Source: Bacteroidia bacterium | GTDB lineage: Bacteria > Bacteroidota > Bacteroidia > AKYH767-A > OLB10 | Reading direction: 5' to 3' | Assembly (NCBI GenBank): GCA_016788065.1 | Contig: JAEUTI010000008.1 | Span: 62,428-126,427 of the forward strand | Length of the DNA: 64,000 bases | Shown: positions 50,152-59,530 of the stretch, piece by piece | Numbering within the stretch: position 1 is the stretch's first letter | How the letters are laid out: each line of letters opens with the position of its first letter | Notes under the pieces: generated by a model | Databases searched by the model: none | Seen by the model: the letters and a program-made list of their open reading frames with translations, nothing else | Told to the model about the DNA's origin: nothing | Translations under genes and position numbers: made by a program

Positions 50152-51093
50152 TTGCCTATGAAATTGGCAGTACTTGATTTAGGTACAAATACTTTTCATC
50201 TGCTTATTGCGGAAGTGAAAAAAGACTGTACCTGGAGTAAAGTATTGAATGAAAGAGTCACCGTAAAATTAGGCAAAGGCGGAATAGGCAATAATTTCAT
50301 TACCAAAAGCTCCTATATCAGAGGCATGAAAGCCTTGGAGAGGTTTAGCTCTGAAATCAAGAAACATAAAATAAAGAAAGTATTTGCCTTTGGCACCGCA
50401 GCTCTTCGGAATGCTCAAAATGGCCCCGATTTTGTTAAAGAAGCCCGTAGCAAATATGATATAAATATTCATCTGATAGATGGTATTAAGGAAGCTGAGT
50501 TTATTTGTGATGGTGTCAGACAAGCAGTTAAATTGGGGACCGAATGCGCACTTATTATGGATATAGGTGGGGGCAGTGTTGAATTTATTATTGCTGACCA
50601 GAAAAAAATATTCTGGAAGCGAAGTTTTAAAACCGGTGCAGCTTTATTACAAGCCAATTTTCCTGTGTCGGATCCAATGAAAATTTCTGAACGCCGTAAA
50701 ATTGAAGCCTTTCTTGCTGATGAATTTGTACCTTTGTTTGATGCAGTTCGCAAGTATAATCCAGTGAAGCTGGTGGGTGCCGCAGGTTCATTCGAAACGT
50801 TTTCATCCATGATTGCATTTCGATTTAAACAGAAAACTACATCCAGTAGTAAATTGGAAAAGAAGCTTCACTGGACTCATGTTCGGAAAATTTATCAGGA
50901 ATTGATAACTTCTACGACTGAAGAAAGAAAAAAAATGAAAGGTCTCGTGAAAATGCGGGTTGATATGATTGTTATGGCATCACTTTTGCTCCATGTGGTA
51001 TCTTCCAAAACCGGTCTGAAGAATCTGATTGTTTCCTCCTATTCCCTGAAAGAAGGCGCCCTCTATCAAATAATTAATAAAAATAAATTCTAA
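50152..51093 (+). CDS. Ppx/GppA-family phosphatase (exopolyphosphatase / guanosine pentaphosphate phosphohydrolase)
   Basis: LAVLDLGTNTFHLLIAEV… and …IMDIGGGSVEFII… are the ASKHA-fold Ppx/GppA motifs. Confidence 0.85.
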   Translation: MPMKLAVLDLGTNTFHLLIAEVKKDCTWSKVLNERVTVKLGKGGIGNNFITKSSYIRGMKALERFSSEIKKHKIKKVFAFGTAALRNAQNGPDFVKEARSKYDINIHLIDGIKEAEFICDGVRQAVKLGTECALIMDIGGGSVEFIIADQKKIFWKRSFKTGAALLQANFPVSDPMKISERRKIEAFLADEFVPLFDAVRKYNPVKLVGAAGSFETFSSMIAFRFKQKTTSSSKLEKKLHWTHVRKIYQELITSTTEERKKMKGLVKMRVDMIVMASLLLHVVSSKTGLKNLIVSSYSLKEGALYQIINKNKF

Positions 51094-51095
51094 AA

Positions 51096-51158
51096 ATCCT
51101 TAATCCTTAATCCTTAATCCTTAATCCTTAATTCATAATCCTTAATCCTTAATCCCTA
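51096..51158. repeat. Heptanucleotide microsatellite (ATCCTTA)n, about 9 units (two degenerate), filling the spacer between ppx/gppA and the sigma-54 activator start
   Basis: Directly visible as aTCCTTAATCCTTAATCCTTAATCCTTAATtCaTAATCCTTAATCCTTAATCCcTAATCCTcc. The tract ends about 11 bp before the ATG at 51170. Confidence 0.9.
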
Positions 51159-51169
51159 ATCCTCCCACA

Positions 51170-52333
51170 ATGTCTCGCATATTAGTAATTGACGACGAAA
51201 AAAGTATTCGTAATACCCTCAAAGAAATTCTTACCTATGAAGGGTTTGAAGTAGTTGAAGCTCAGGATGGAATGGAGGGTCTCAAATTTGTTGAGAAAGA
51301 AAAATTTGATATAATTTTATCAGATATCAAAATGCCTAAAATGGATGGCATTGAAGTATTGGAAAAGCTTCAGGAACTTTCACCTGAAACGCCTGTGGTA
51401 ATGATTTCCGGACACGGAAATATTGATACTGCAGTTGAGGCTATTCGTAAAGGTGCTTTCGATTATATTTCAAAGCCCCTCGATTTAAACCGGATGCTGG
51501 TTACGATCCGAAATGCAATGGATCGCTCTTCATTGGTGAAGGAAACAAAAACACTGAAGCGTAAAATCTATAAAACAACAGAAATTGTTGGGGAGTCAGA
51601 GCCTATCCGTGTTATTAAAGAAATGATAGATAAGGTTGCACCTACTGAAGCCCGAGTACTCATAACCGGAGGAAATGGTTCAGGAAAGGAACTTGTTGCC
51701 CGATGGATTCATGAAAAAAGTAATCGCTCCGCAGCCCCAATTGTGGAAGTTAATTGTGCCGCTATCCCTTCTGAACTAATCGAAAGTGAATTATTCGGTC
51801 ATGAAAAAGGATCTTTTACTTCGGCAATTAAACAACGAATCGGGAAGTTTGAGCAGGCTAATAATGGAACTTTATTCCTCGACGAAATTGGAGATATGTC
51901 TCTTTCAGCTCAGGCGAAAGTGTTGCGTGTTTTGCAAGATGGAAAAATTACAAGAGTAGGAGGGGAGAAAGATTTTTCGGTGAACGTAAGAATAATTGCT
52001 GCAACCAATAAGGATTTGAGAAGTGAAATTGAGAAAGGTAATTTTCGGGAAGATCTCTATCACCGTTTAAGTGTGATTGTTATACACGTGCCTTCTCTGA
52101 ATGAAAGGAGAGATGATATTCCACTTTTGGCAGATTATTTCCTACAGCTTATTTGTCAGGAATATGGTATGCCAGTTAAAGAGTTTACCAAAGATGCCTT
52201 GGAAGAACTTAAAAAAATCGACTGGACCGGAAACATCCGTGAATTGCGAAATGTGGTGGAGCGATTGATTATTTTATGCGATAAACAGATCACAGCCAAA
52301 GATGTGGTTAGTTTTGGTGTTGTGAGGAAGTAA
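51170..52333 (+). CDS. Sigma-54-dependent response regulator (receiver + AAA+ sigma-54 activation domain) lacking a C-terminal HTH
   Basis: Receiver (ILVIDDEKSIRNTL…DIKMPKMDG), Walker A GGNGSGKE, and the sigma-54 contact motif present as GSFTSA (canonical GAFTGA). The protein ends about 25 aa after the AAA+ domain (…ELRNVVERLIILCD…VVRK). Confidence 0.85.
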   Translation: MSRILVIDDEKSIRNTLKEILTYEGFEVVEAQDGMEGLKFVEKEKFDIILSDIKMPKMDGIEVLEKLQELSPETPVVMISGHGNIDTAVEAIRKGAFDYISKPLDLNRMLVTIRNAMDRSSLVKETKTLKRKIYKTTEIVGESEPIRVIKEMIDKVAPTEARVLITGGNGSGKELVARWIHEKSNRSAAPIVEVNCAAIPSELIESELFGHEKGSFTSAIKQRIGKFEQANNGTLFLDEIGDMSLSAQAKVLRVLQDGKITRVGGEKDFSVNVRIIAATNKDLRSEIEKGNFREDLYHRLSVIVIHVPSLNERRDDIPLLADYFLQLICQEYGMPVKEFTKDALEELKKIDWTGNIRELRNVVERLIILCDKQITAKDVVSFGVVRK

Positions 52334-52408
52334 TGAACAACCATTAAGAGGGCTGTTGAGTGCTTCCTTAGCAACCGACAGCCTAAGTCTTAGGTTGGAT
52401 TAAATTTC

Positions 52409-55018
52409 TTACAACTCCGAAATCATTTTGTGACCCATTTTGATCGCTGCATCTAAACCATTGTTGTTTTTTCCTCCTGCAGTTGCATAAAATGGCTGCC
52501 CGCCACCTCCACCTTGAATTTCTTTAGCGATGTTTCTGATCAGATTTGATGCATTGATATTTTTTTCTTTCACCAAATTGTCAGAAACTATCAATGAAAG
52601 ATGTGGTTTGCCATCGACTTCAGCACCCAGTAAAAGAACTAAGTTTTCTATCTGATTGCGCAGATCAAACGAGAGTCCTTTGATTGCATCAGCAGAAGAT
52701 AATTCAATTTTTTCGCAGATTAGATTCATTCCATTCAAAGAAACGGTCTTTGTTTTCAACTGCTCCCGTATTACAGAAGCTTTCTCAATTAAAAATTGCT
52801 CCAGTTGTTGTTGCAGCGCAGATTTTTCATCTAATAGCGACTGAATGCCTTTTAACGGCTCATTTGGATTCTTCAATAGCAACTTAATTTCATTCAGCTC
52901 TTTGGTCTGCTGACGTATTAAGTTTTCAGCTGCTTTACCGGTTATCGCTTCAACCCTTCGGACACCTGCTGCTACAGAACTTTCAGAAATAAACTTAAAT
53001 AAACCTATTTCTCCGGTCGATTGCACATGGGTACCACCACACAACTCAACTGAATATCCCGGATCAAAAGTTATAACCCTTACATATTCACCGTACTTCT
53101 CACCAAAAAGTGCCATAGCTCCCATTTCCATAGCTTTGGCAACCGGTACATTGCGTTGCTCGTTTAACCGGATATTTTCTCTTATCTTTTCATTCACTAT
53201 TATTTCAATGCGCTCCAGTTCCTCATCGGTAACTTTTGTAAAATGCGAAAAATCGAATCGGGTTACATCTTCATTCACAAGCGAACCTTTTTGAGCAACA
53301 TGTTTCCCTAAAACATCTCTCAGTGCAGCATGCATTAAATGTGTTGCAGAGTGATTGGATGTGATTGCTTTTCTTCTTCCTGAATCGACTGTTGCTGTAA
53401 AGGATGCCGAAAGATTTTGTGGCAGCTTTTCAGCATAGTGTACTATGAGATTATTTTCTTTTTGTGTGTCTACTATCTGAATAGTTTCCTTTTCATTCGA
53501 TAAAGTTCCCGTATCTCCAACTTGTCCGCCACTCTCTGCATAAAATGGAGTTACATTCAAAACTAACTGATAAAGTGTTTTGCCTTTGGTTTTTACTTCG
53601 CGATACCGAACAATTTCTGAATTGGTAATCAGGTCATCGTACCCTGTAAAATTAACAGGCTCTTCTTCCCGAACCTGAATCCAGTCACTGAGGTCCTTCT
53701 CAGCATCTGCTCTGGAACGGGTTTTTTGCTCCAGCATGGCTTTATTAAAACCATCCATATCAACATCAAGTTGTTTCTCGCGAGCCATCAATTGTGTTAA
53801 ATCAATTGGGAATCCGAAAGTATCGAAGAGTTCAAATGCAAATTTTCCATCCACTGTTTTTCCTTCATACTGATCAAACTTCTTGATTCCGGTTTCAAGG
53901 GTTTTTAGGAAGGATATTTCTTCTTCCTGAATTACCCTCGCAATGAAATCTTGTTGAGAATCCAGTTCGGGAAACTGACCGGCAAATGATTTCGCAAGTA
54001 CAGGAACCATATTACACAATACAGGTTCTCTGAAATTTAAAAAGCTATAAGCATAACGTACTGCTCTTCTCAGAATTCTTCGAATGACATAACCTGCCTT
54101 ATTGTTCGAGGGAAGTTGTCCATCAGCTATGGCAAATGAAATAGCTCTTATATGATCTGCCATAACACGCATGGCAATATCAGTTTTTTCTGAAGAACCA
54201 TATTTAATGCCGCATTTGCTGCTGATAAATTGAATCATCGGCTGAAAAACGTCGGTGTCATAATTGCTGGTTTTGCCCTGCAATGCCATGCACAAGCGCT
54301 CAAATCCCATTCCGGTATCAACATGTTTGGCCGGCAATGGCTCCAATGATCCGTTTGCCAGTCTGTTGAATTGCATGAATACATTATTCCAGATTTCAAT
54401 TACCTGAGGGTGGCTTTCATTTACCAAAGTTTTCCCATCTACTGCTTTTCTTTGCGCATCGGTTCTTAAATCGACATGAATTTCGGAGCAAGGGCCACAG
54501 GGTCCGGTGTCGCCCATTTCCCAGAAATTATCCTTTTTATTGCCTTTAAGGATACGGTCTTCAGCAATCCATTGCTTCCAAAAATCATATGCTTCCTGAT
54601 CGAAATCTAATGATTCCTTCGCATCGCCCTCAAAAACAGTTACATACAATCTATCTTTAGGGATTTTGTAAACATTGGTCAGTAGGTCCCAGGCCCAGGC
54701 AATGGCATCTTCTTTAAAATAATCGCCAAACGACCAGTTCCCAAGCATTTCAAACATCGTATGATGGTAGGTGTCAACTCCAACTTCCTCAAGATCATTG
54801 TGTTTGCCTGAAACTCGCAAACATTTTTGGGTATTGGCAATACGCTTATACTTGACCGGACTATTGCCCAGGAATATATCTTTGAACTGGTTCATTCCCG
54901 CATTGGTAAACATCAAAGTGGGATCATTTTTGATCACCATCGGTGCTGAAGCCACAATTTGATGGCCTTTAGAAGCGAAATAATCGAGGAACGCTTTACG
55001 AATTTCTGTTGCTGTCAT
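52409..55018 (-). CDS. alaS: Alanine--tRNA ligase
   Basis: 869 aa. Class II aaRS core, an editing domain (HSATHLMHAAL…, …CGGTHV…) and a C-terminal DHHA1 region. Confidence 0.95.
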   Translation of the reverse strand: MTATEIRKAFLDYFASKGHQIVASAPMVIKNDPTLMFTNAGMNQFKDIFLGNSPVKYKRIANTQKCLRVSGKHNDLEEVGVDTYHHTMFEMLGNWSFGDYFKEDAIAWAWDLLTNVYKIPKDRLYVTVFEGDAKESLDFDQEAYDFWKQWIAEDRILKGNKKDNFWEMGDTGPCGPCSEIHVDLRTDAQRKAVDGKTLVNESHPQVIEIWNNVFMQFNRLANGSLEPLPAKHVDTGMGFERLCMALQGKTSNYDTDVFQPMIQFISSKCGIKYGSSEKTDIAMRVMADHIRAISFAIADGQLPSNNKAGYVIRRILRRAVRYAYSFLNFREPVLCNMVPVLAKSFAGQFPELDSQQDFIARVIQEEEISFLKTLETGIKKFDQYEGKTVDGKFAFELFDTFGFPIDLTQLMAREKQLDVDMDGFNKAMLEQKTRSRADAEKDLSDWIQVREEEPVNFTGYDDLITNSEIVRYREVKTKGKTLYQLVLNVTPFYAESGGQVGDTGTLSNEKETIQIVDTQKENNLIVHYAEKLPQNLSASFTATVDSGRRKAITSNHSATHLMHAALRDVLGKHVAQKGSLVNEDVTRFDFSHFTKVTDEELERIEIIVNEKIRENIRLNEQRNVPVAKAMEMGAMALFGEKYGEYVRVITFDPGYSVELCGGTHVQSTGEIGLFKFISESSVAAGVRRVEAITGKAAENLIRQQTKELNEIKLLLKNPNEPLKGIQSLLDEKSALQQQLEQFLIEKASVIREQLKTKTVSLNGMNLICEKIELSSADAIKGLSFDLRNQIENLVLLLGAEVDGKPHLSLIVSDNLVKEKNINASNLIRNIAKEIQGGGGGQPFYATAGGKNNNGLDAAIKMGHKMISEL

Positions 55019-55108
55019 TTAATTGAATTGGGATAACCCATTGATTATTATAAAATATCATTATTTTTGCCTGAAGTCGCAAAATTATAGTTTATCCTGG
55101 AAAGGGCT

Positions 55109-56080
55109 ATGCCTAAGGCAAAATATTACTTCAATACCAATTCTTTAAAATACGAGAAAGTCGTAATTCCCTGGGGGAAGAGGATTTTGCGTGTGCTTGG
55201 GTTTGTGGCAACAGCCATAGTTTTCAGTGTAGTTATTGTTGCCATCGCCTATGCCTATCTCGATTCTCCTAAAGAAAAGCAACTTAAACGGGAAATAAGT
55301 CAACTTACACTTCAGTATGAAATTTTGCAGCAGCGATTCGAACATGTTGATAATGTACTTAGGGACATCCAGCACAGGGATGATAATATTTACCGGGTAA
55401 TTTTTGAAGCTGAGCCCATACCAGCCACTGTGCGTAAAGCAGGATATGGTGGTGTGAATCGCTACAAAGCGCTGGAAGGAATGGAAAATTCAGAAATGAT
55501 CATAAATACAGCCCGTAAACTCGATCAGCTTACCAAGCAACTTTATGTGCAGTCTAAATCATTTGATGAGATTGTTGAACTTGCAAAAGATAAGTCTCAT
55601 ATGCTCGCTTCTATACCTGCCATACAACCGGTTTCAAATAAAGATCTGACCCGAATTGCATCAGGTTTTGGGTACCGCATTCACCCCATTTACAAAACCT
55701 CAAAAATGCATGAGGGAATTGATTTTACAGCACCGATCGGGACTGATATTTATGCTGCCGGTAACGGAACTGTGAAGGAAGTTGTTTACGGTGATCGTGG
55801 CTATGGAAATTATGTGTTGATCAGTCATGGTTTTGGATACGAAACGTTATATGCCCACATGAGCAAAGTAAATGCCCGTCCCGGACAAAAAGTAAAACGT
55901 GGTGATGTTATCGGAAAAGTTGGAAGCACCGGTGCTTCAACAGCACCACACCTGCATTACGAAGTTATAAAGCAAGGGACGAAAATCAATCCTATTAACT
56001 TCTTCTATAATGACCTTACTCCCGAAGAATATGAAAAGATGATTGAGATTTCTTCACAATCTAATCAGTCTTTCGATTAG
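55109..56080 (+). CDS. M23-family peptidoglycan DD-metalloendopeptidase
   Basis: N-terminal TM, a coiled coil, and HEGIDFTAPIGTDIYAAGNGTV…APHLHYEV (the LytM/M23 zinc-site motifs HxxxD…HxH). Confidence 0.9.
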   Translation: MPKAKYYFNTNSLKYEKVVIPWGKRILRVLGFVATAIVFSVVIVAIAYAYLDSPKEKQLKREISQLTLQYEILQQRFEHVDNVLRDIQHRDDNIYRVIFEAEPIPATVRKAGYGGVNRYKALEGMENSEMIINTARKLDQLTKQLYVQSKSFDEIVELAKDKSHMLASIPAIQPVSNKDLTRIASGFGYRIHPIYKTSKMHEGIDFTAPIGTDIYAAGNGTVKEVVYGDRGYGNYVLISHGFGYETLYAHMSKVNARPGQKVKRGDVIGKVGSTGASTAPHLHYEVIKQGTKINPINFFYNDLTPEEYEKMIEISSQSNQSFD

Positions 56081-56132
56081 AGTATTTATTCACTTAATGA
56101 TCTTTAGTTTTTAATCTGTTAATCACCACAAA

Positions 56133-56468
56133 TTGCCTTACAAAGAATCAGATACCGTAAAACTTTATTACACCATCGGTGAAGTTGCTGCTATGTTTAA
56201 AGTGAATGCTTCTCTCATTCGTTTTTGGGAGAAAGAGTTTGATGTATTGCAACCGAAAAAGAACAAAAAAGGCAACAGGTTATTTACGGCAACTGATGTT
56301 GAGAATTTGAGAATTATTTACCATTTGGTAAAGGAACGTGGATTCACTTTGCAAGGTGCTAAGTCGAAGCTCAAAGAAAATAAATCAGATGTGGTAGATA
56401 CAGCAGAAGTTTATGATGCTTTGGTAAAAGTGAGGGGATTCTTAACCGAATTGAAAGATAGTTTGTAA
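56133..56468 (+). CDS. MerR-family transcriptional regulator (HTH only)
   Basis: YTIGEVAAMFKVNASLIRFWEKEF… is a MerR-type HTH. The start codon is uncertain. Confidence 0.75.
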   Translation: MPYKESDTVKLYYTIGEVAAMFKVNASLIRFWEKEFDVLQPKKNKKGNRLFTATDVENLRIIYHLVKERGFTLQGAKSKLKENKSDVVDTAEVYDALVKVRGFLTELKDSL

Positions 56469-56471
56469 CCT

Positions 56472-57230
56472 TTATAAAGCTAAAAGTTCATCTTTTTTTT
56501 CCATAGCTGCCTCATAGCCGATTTCATAAATTGCCCGCGCATGTTTTGTATCGAAAACGCTATATTTTGCCAGTGCTTCCGGCTCTAGAAAAAAATCGCA
56601 TTTCGCAGCTTTAATCTTGACAATATTTGATACTGACATGTGAAAACATCTCTCCAGTATTCCTGAAAATCCAGAACCCGATTTATACGGACGAATAGGA
56701 TTCACATGAACCCCAATAATCGTTTCGCATTTATGCAGTAATGGTTCTATGGGAAGATTATTAAGCAATCCCCCATCAACCATGGTTTTGTGATCTATAA
56801 CCACAGGACTGAATACCATAGGGATGGTGCAGGATGCTGTGACAGGTTCAATTAAATCTCCGCTTTCGAAAACAACACTTTTGGCATTGGTAAAATCCGT
56901 AGCACAAACAGAGAGCGGTATTGAAAGTTCCTCGAATGTATTAACCGATAAATTGTTTCTCAAAAGTTTTCGAAAAACATCCGATTTAAGCAGCCCTTTG
57001 AAATCGAAACTTATACCTTTCATTTCAAAAATGCGGCTTTTATTCATGATCTCCAGCATTTTTTTAGGCGGCATGCCTGATGCATATAAAGCACCAATAA
57101 TTGCTCCTGAGCTCGTGCCTGAAATCCGGTCAGGTTTTATGCCAAGCTCATCGAGTGCCTGAAGAACGCCTGCATGGGCAATTCCTCTGGCACCTCCACC
57201 TGAAAGCACTAAACCTGTTTTTACTTTCAT
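56472..57230 (-). CDS. Patatin-like phospholipase
   Basis: GLVLSGGGARGIAHAGVLQALDE… (oxyanion GGG), GTSSGA (GxSxG nucleophile) and a DGG catalytic Asp motif. Confidence 0.85.
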   Translation of the reverse strand: MKVKTGLVLSGGGARGIAHAGVLQALDELGIKPDRISGTSSGAIIGALYASGMPPKKMLEIMNKSRIFEMKGISFDFKGLLKSDVFRKLLRNNLSVNTFEELSIPLSVCATDFTNAKSVVFESGDLIEPVTASCTIPMVFSPVVIDHKTMVDGGLLNNLPIEPLLHKCETIIGVHVNPIRPYKSGSGFSGILERCFHMSVSNIVKIKAAKCDFFLEPEALAKYSVFDTKHARAIYEIGYEAAMEKKDELLAL

Positions 57231-57263
57231 AGACCGGATTGGTTCATTTGAAGGTGCAAAGTA

Positions 57264-57707
57264 TTATTTTTTGGTGACTTTAAACGAATAAAATTTATGA
57301 ATGACAAAACTCAGTACACCAATTGAAAGTGCTGAAAAGATCCGCGCAATGGTTGGAAACCAGTCAAGTACCTTTATCAGAAAGCTCATCATGAAGTAGT
57401 TCATTACCAATACAAATAATGCTACTACTATATATCTTGCCAGTTGGTGGACACCTCTTAAATCTGATTCCGTAAAAACCAGATATTTAGTTATCAGAAA
57501 GTTGGTAATTAATCCACAGGTATATGAAAACATAAGAGAGGCTGTTGGTGCAGAAAGCGTAACAATTCTGAAAAAATGAACATCCTGCTTCTGATAGATG
57601 AAGTTGAATGTCACAAAATAAACTGCAACATCAACTCCTGTTGCTAAACCGGCAGAAAAGAAATACCGTACAATTTTATTATCAAGAATTTTTTTTATCA
57701 TAAACAA
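57264..57707 (-). CDS. GtrA-family membrane protein
   Basis: 147 aa with 4 TM segments, a GtrA-like N-terminus (RYFFSAGLATGVDVAVYF) and an operon position next to heptose-epimerase and GT-type genes. Confidence 0.6.
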   Translation of the reverse strand: MFMIKKILDNKIVRYFFSAGLATGVDVAVYFVTFNFIYQKQDVHFFRIVTLSAPTASLMFSYTCGLITNFLITKYLVFTESDLRGVHQLARYIVVALFVLVMNYFMMSFLIKVLDWFPTIARIFSALSIGVLSFVIHKFYSFKVTKK

Positions 57708-58673
57708 CTAAAAATAGCGGTGAGGGATCAGGTAATTCGTTACATAATCTGTAATCCCTTCCTCTAATGAATGGAAGTTATTGGTATATCCGGCAGATTT
57801 TAATTTCTCCATACTTGCTTCAGTGAAATACTGATATTTATCTCTGATATCTTCCGGAATATCAACAAAATTTATTTTTGGGTCCGATCCGGATGCATTA
57901 AATGTTGCCAGCGCAAGATCTAAAAAAGAACGTGCTGTTCCCGTTCCCAGATTGTATATTCCGGAATGCTTGCGGTTGTTCATTAAAAATAAACATACCG
58001 CAACAACATCTTTTACATAGACAAAGTCACGCAACTGTTTTCCATCTTCAAAGTCTGCACGGTGAGAACGGAATAGGTTCACCGAACCTTTCGTCTGAAT
58101 CTGATTGAATGCATGAAAAATAACAGATGCCATCCGACCTTTATGATATTCATTGGGGCCATATACATTAAAGAACTTCAACCCAGCCCAGAAGTAAGGC
58201 TTCCTTTCTTGCTGTAAAACCCACTTATCGAAATCATTTTTGGAATCACCATATGGATTCAATGGTTTTAGACTTGGAATAATGTTATGATTATCCATAT
58301 ATCCCAAAGCACCATCGCCATAGGTTGCAGCCGAAGAAGCATATACCAATGGTAATCCAAATTCTACACAGCTATTCCACACATCTTTGGAATAATTTAA
58401 ATTAAGCTTGTCGAAAATTTTGCTATCAAATTCAGTTGTATCCGTTCGTGCACCAATATGAAAAATGAATTGCACCAACTTGTGATTTTCCTTAAGCCAA
58501 TCAATAAACTCTTCCCGGTCAACCTTCGATGAAAATATTTTTCCTTCAAGATTTTTGTCCTTTTCAGGATTGGAAAAATCATCCACGAGAATTATATCCC
58601 GAAATCCTTCGTGGTTAAGGGCCGAAACTAAACAGCTTCCTATGAATCCTGCGGCGCCTGTAACGATTATCAT
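57708..58673 (-). CDS. hldD: ADP-L-glycero-D-manno-heptose-6-epimerase-like NAD-dependent epimerase
   Basis: MIIVTGAAGFIGSCLVSALN…DIILVDDFSN… is a Rossmann fold, with YxxxK and length typical of HldD/RfaD. It could be a related SDR epimerase. Confidence 0.7.
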   Translation of the reverse strand: MIIVTGAAGFIGSCLVSALNHEGFRDIILVDDFSNPEKDKNLEGKIFSSKVDREEFIDWLKENHKLVQFIFHIGARTDTTEFDSKIFDKLNLNYSKDVWNSCVEFGLPLVYASSAATYGDGALGYMDNHNIIPSLKPLNPYGDSKNDFDKWVLQQERKPYFWAGLKFFNVYGPNEYHKGRMASVIFHAFNQIQTKGSVNLFRSHRADFEDGKQLRDFVYVKDVVAVCLFLMNNRKHSGIYNLGTGTARSFLDLALATFNASGSDPKINFVDIPEDIRDKYQYFTEASMEKLKSAGYTNNFHSLEEGITDYVTNYLIPHRYF

Positions 58674-59512
58674 ATACTGGAATTATTAAATATGGGTTCT
58701 GTTAATTCTGGAATTAATTGGTATTCAATACCTTTTTTAAGTAGAAAATGTATCGCTTCGCGGCCTTGTGCCCCCAAATCTACTGAAAATTCATTTACAT
58801 AAAGTCCGATATGTGAAGCAATTACTTCGTCTTCCATTTCTTGTGAATGTTCTTTTATGTAGTAGGAACTTTCTGATGGATTTTTCCATGCATACCCAAT
58901 ACTTTGTCTGATCATGGCATCTATTTCATTGCGTTCATTTTCAGGCATTCTTCGGTTGGCTGCAATGCATCCAAGAGGTAATGGAAGCTGCATCTGATCT
59001 TCCCAAGTTTCACCTAAATCGATCAGTTTTATCAAGCCCTGACTTTCATAGGTGAACCTGCCTTCATGTATCAGAAGACCAGCAATAACTTCTTCTTCCA
59101 TAACTGCCCTGCTAATGGCTGCAAAATGCATGGCTTTTTTATTTTGAATTCCAGGGAATAAAACAGATAAAAGTAAATTTGCTGTAGTATGTATTCCCGG
59201 AATTGCTACCAGTCCTTCTTGAAGCATTTTTGCAGGCACCGGTTGTTTGGAGACAAGTATAGGTCCAACTCCCTTGCCTAATGCACTTCCGGAGTTAAGA
59301 ATGACATAATCTTTTGATACATGTGCATAAGCACCAAAACTGATTTTAGAAATATCAAGCTTTCCTTCCTGAGCCATGAGATTCAGTTGCTCCACATCTT
59401 CCATGACCACTTCAAATTCATATTCTCCGGTGTCGATCCGGTTATTAACTATGGCATCAAAGATGAAAGTGTCATTCGGACAGGGAGAAAATCCTAATGT
59501 TAATTTTTTCAA
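58670..59512 (-). CDS. mqnD: MqnA/MqnD-family menaquinone (futalosine pathway) biosynthesis protein, probably 1,4-dihydroxy-6-naphthoate synthase
   Basis: MKKLTLGFSPCPNDTFIFDA… is the N-terminal signature of the VitK2_biosynth (MqnA/MqnD) family. It is 280 aa. Confidence 0.6.
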   Translation of the reverse strand: MKKLTLGFSPCPNDTFIFDAIVNNRIDTGEYEFEVVMEDVEQLNLMAQEGKLDISKISFGAYAHVSKDYVILNSGSALGKGVGPILVSKQPVPAKMLQEGLVAIPGIHTTANLLLSVLFPGIQNKKAMHFAAISRAVMEEEVIAGLLIHEGRFTYESQGLIKLIDLGETWEDQMQLPLPLGCIAANRRMPENERNEIDAMIRQSIGYAWKNPSESSYYIKEHSQEMEDEVIASHIGLYVNEFSVDLGAQGREAIHFLLKKGIEYQLIPELTEPIFNNSSI

Positions 59513-59530
59513 AATGTTTTTTAGTTAAAA

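Noticed and set aside
51096-51158. CRISPR array
   Set aside because: The unit is only 7 bp and perfectly tandem with no spacers. It is a microsatellite, not CRISPR.
52656-52887. Two plus-strand ORFs (62 and 67 aa) inside alaS
   Set aside because: Shadow ORFs antisense to a well-supported alaS.
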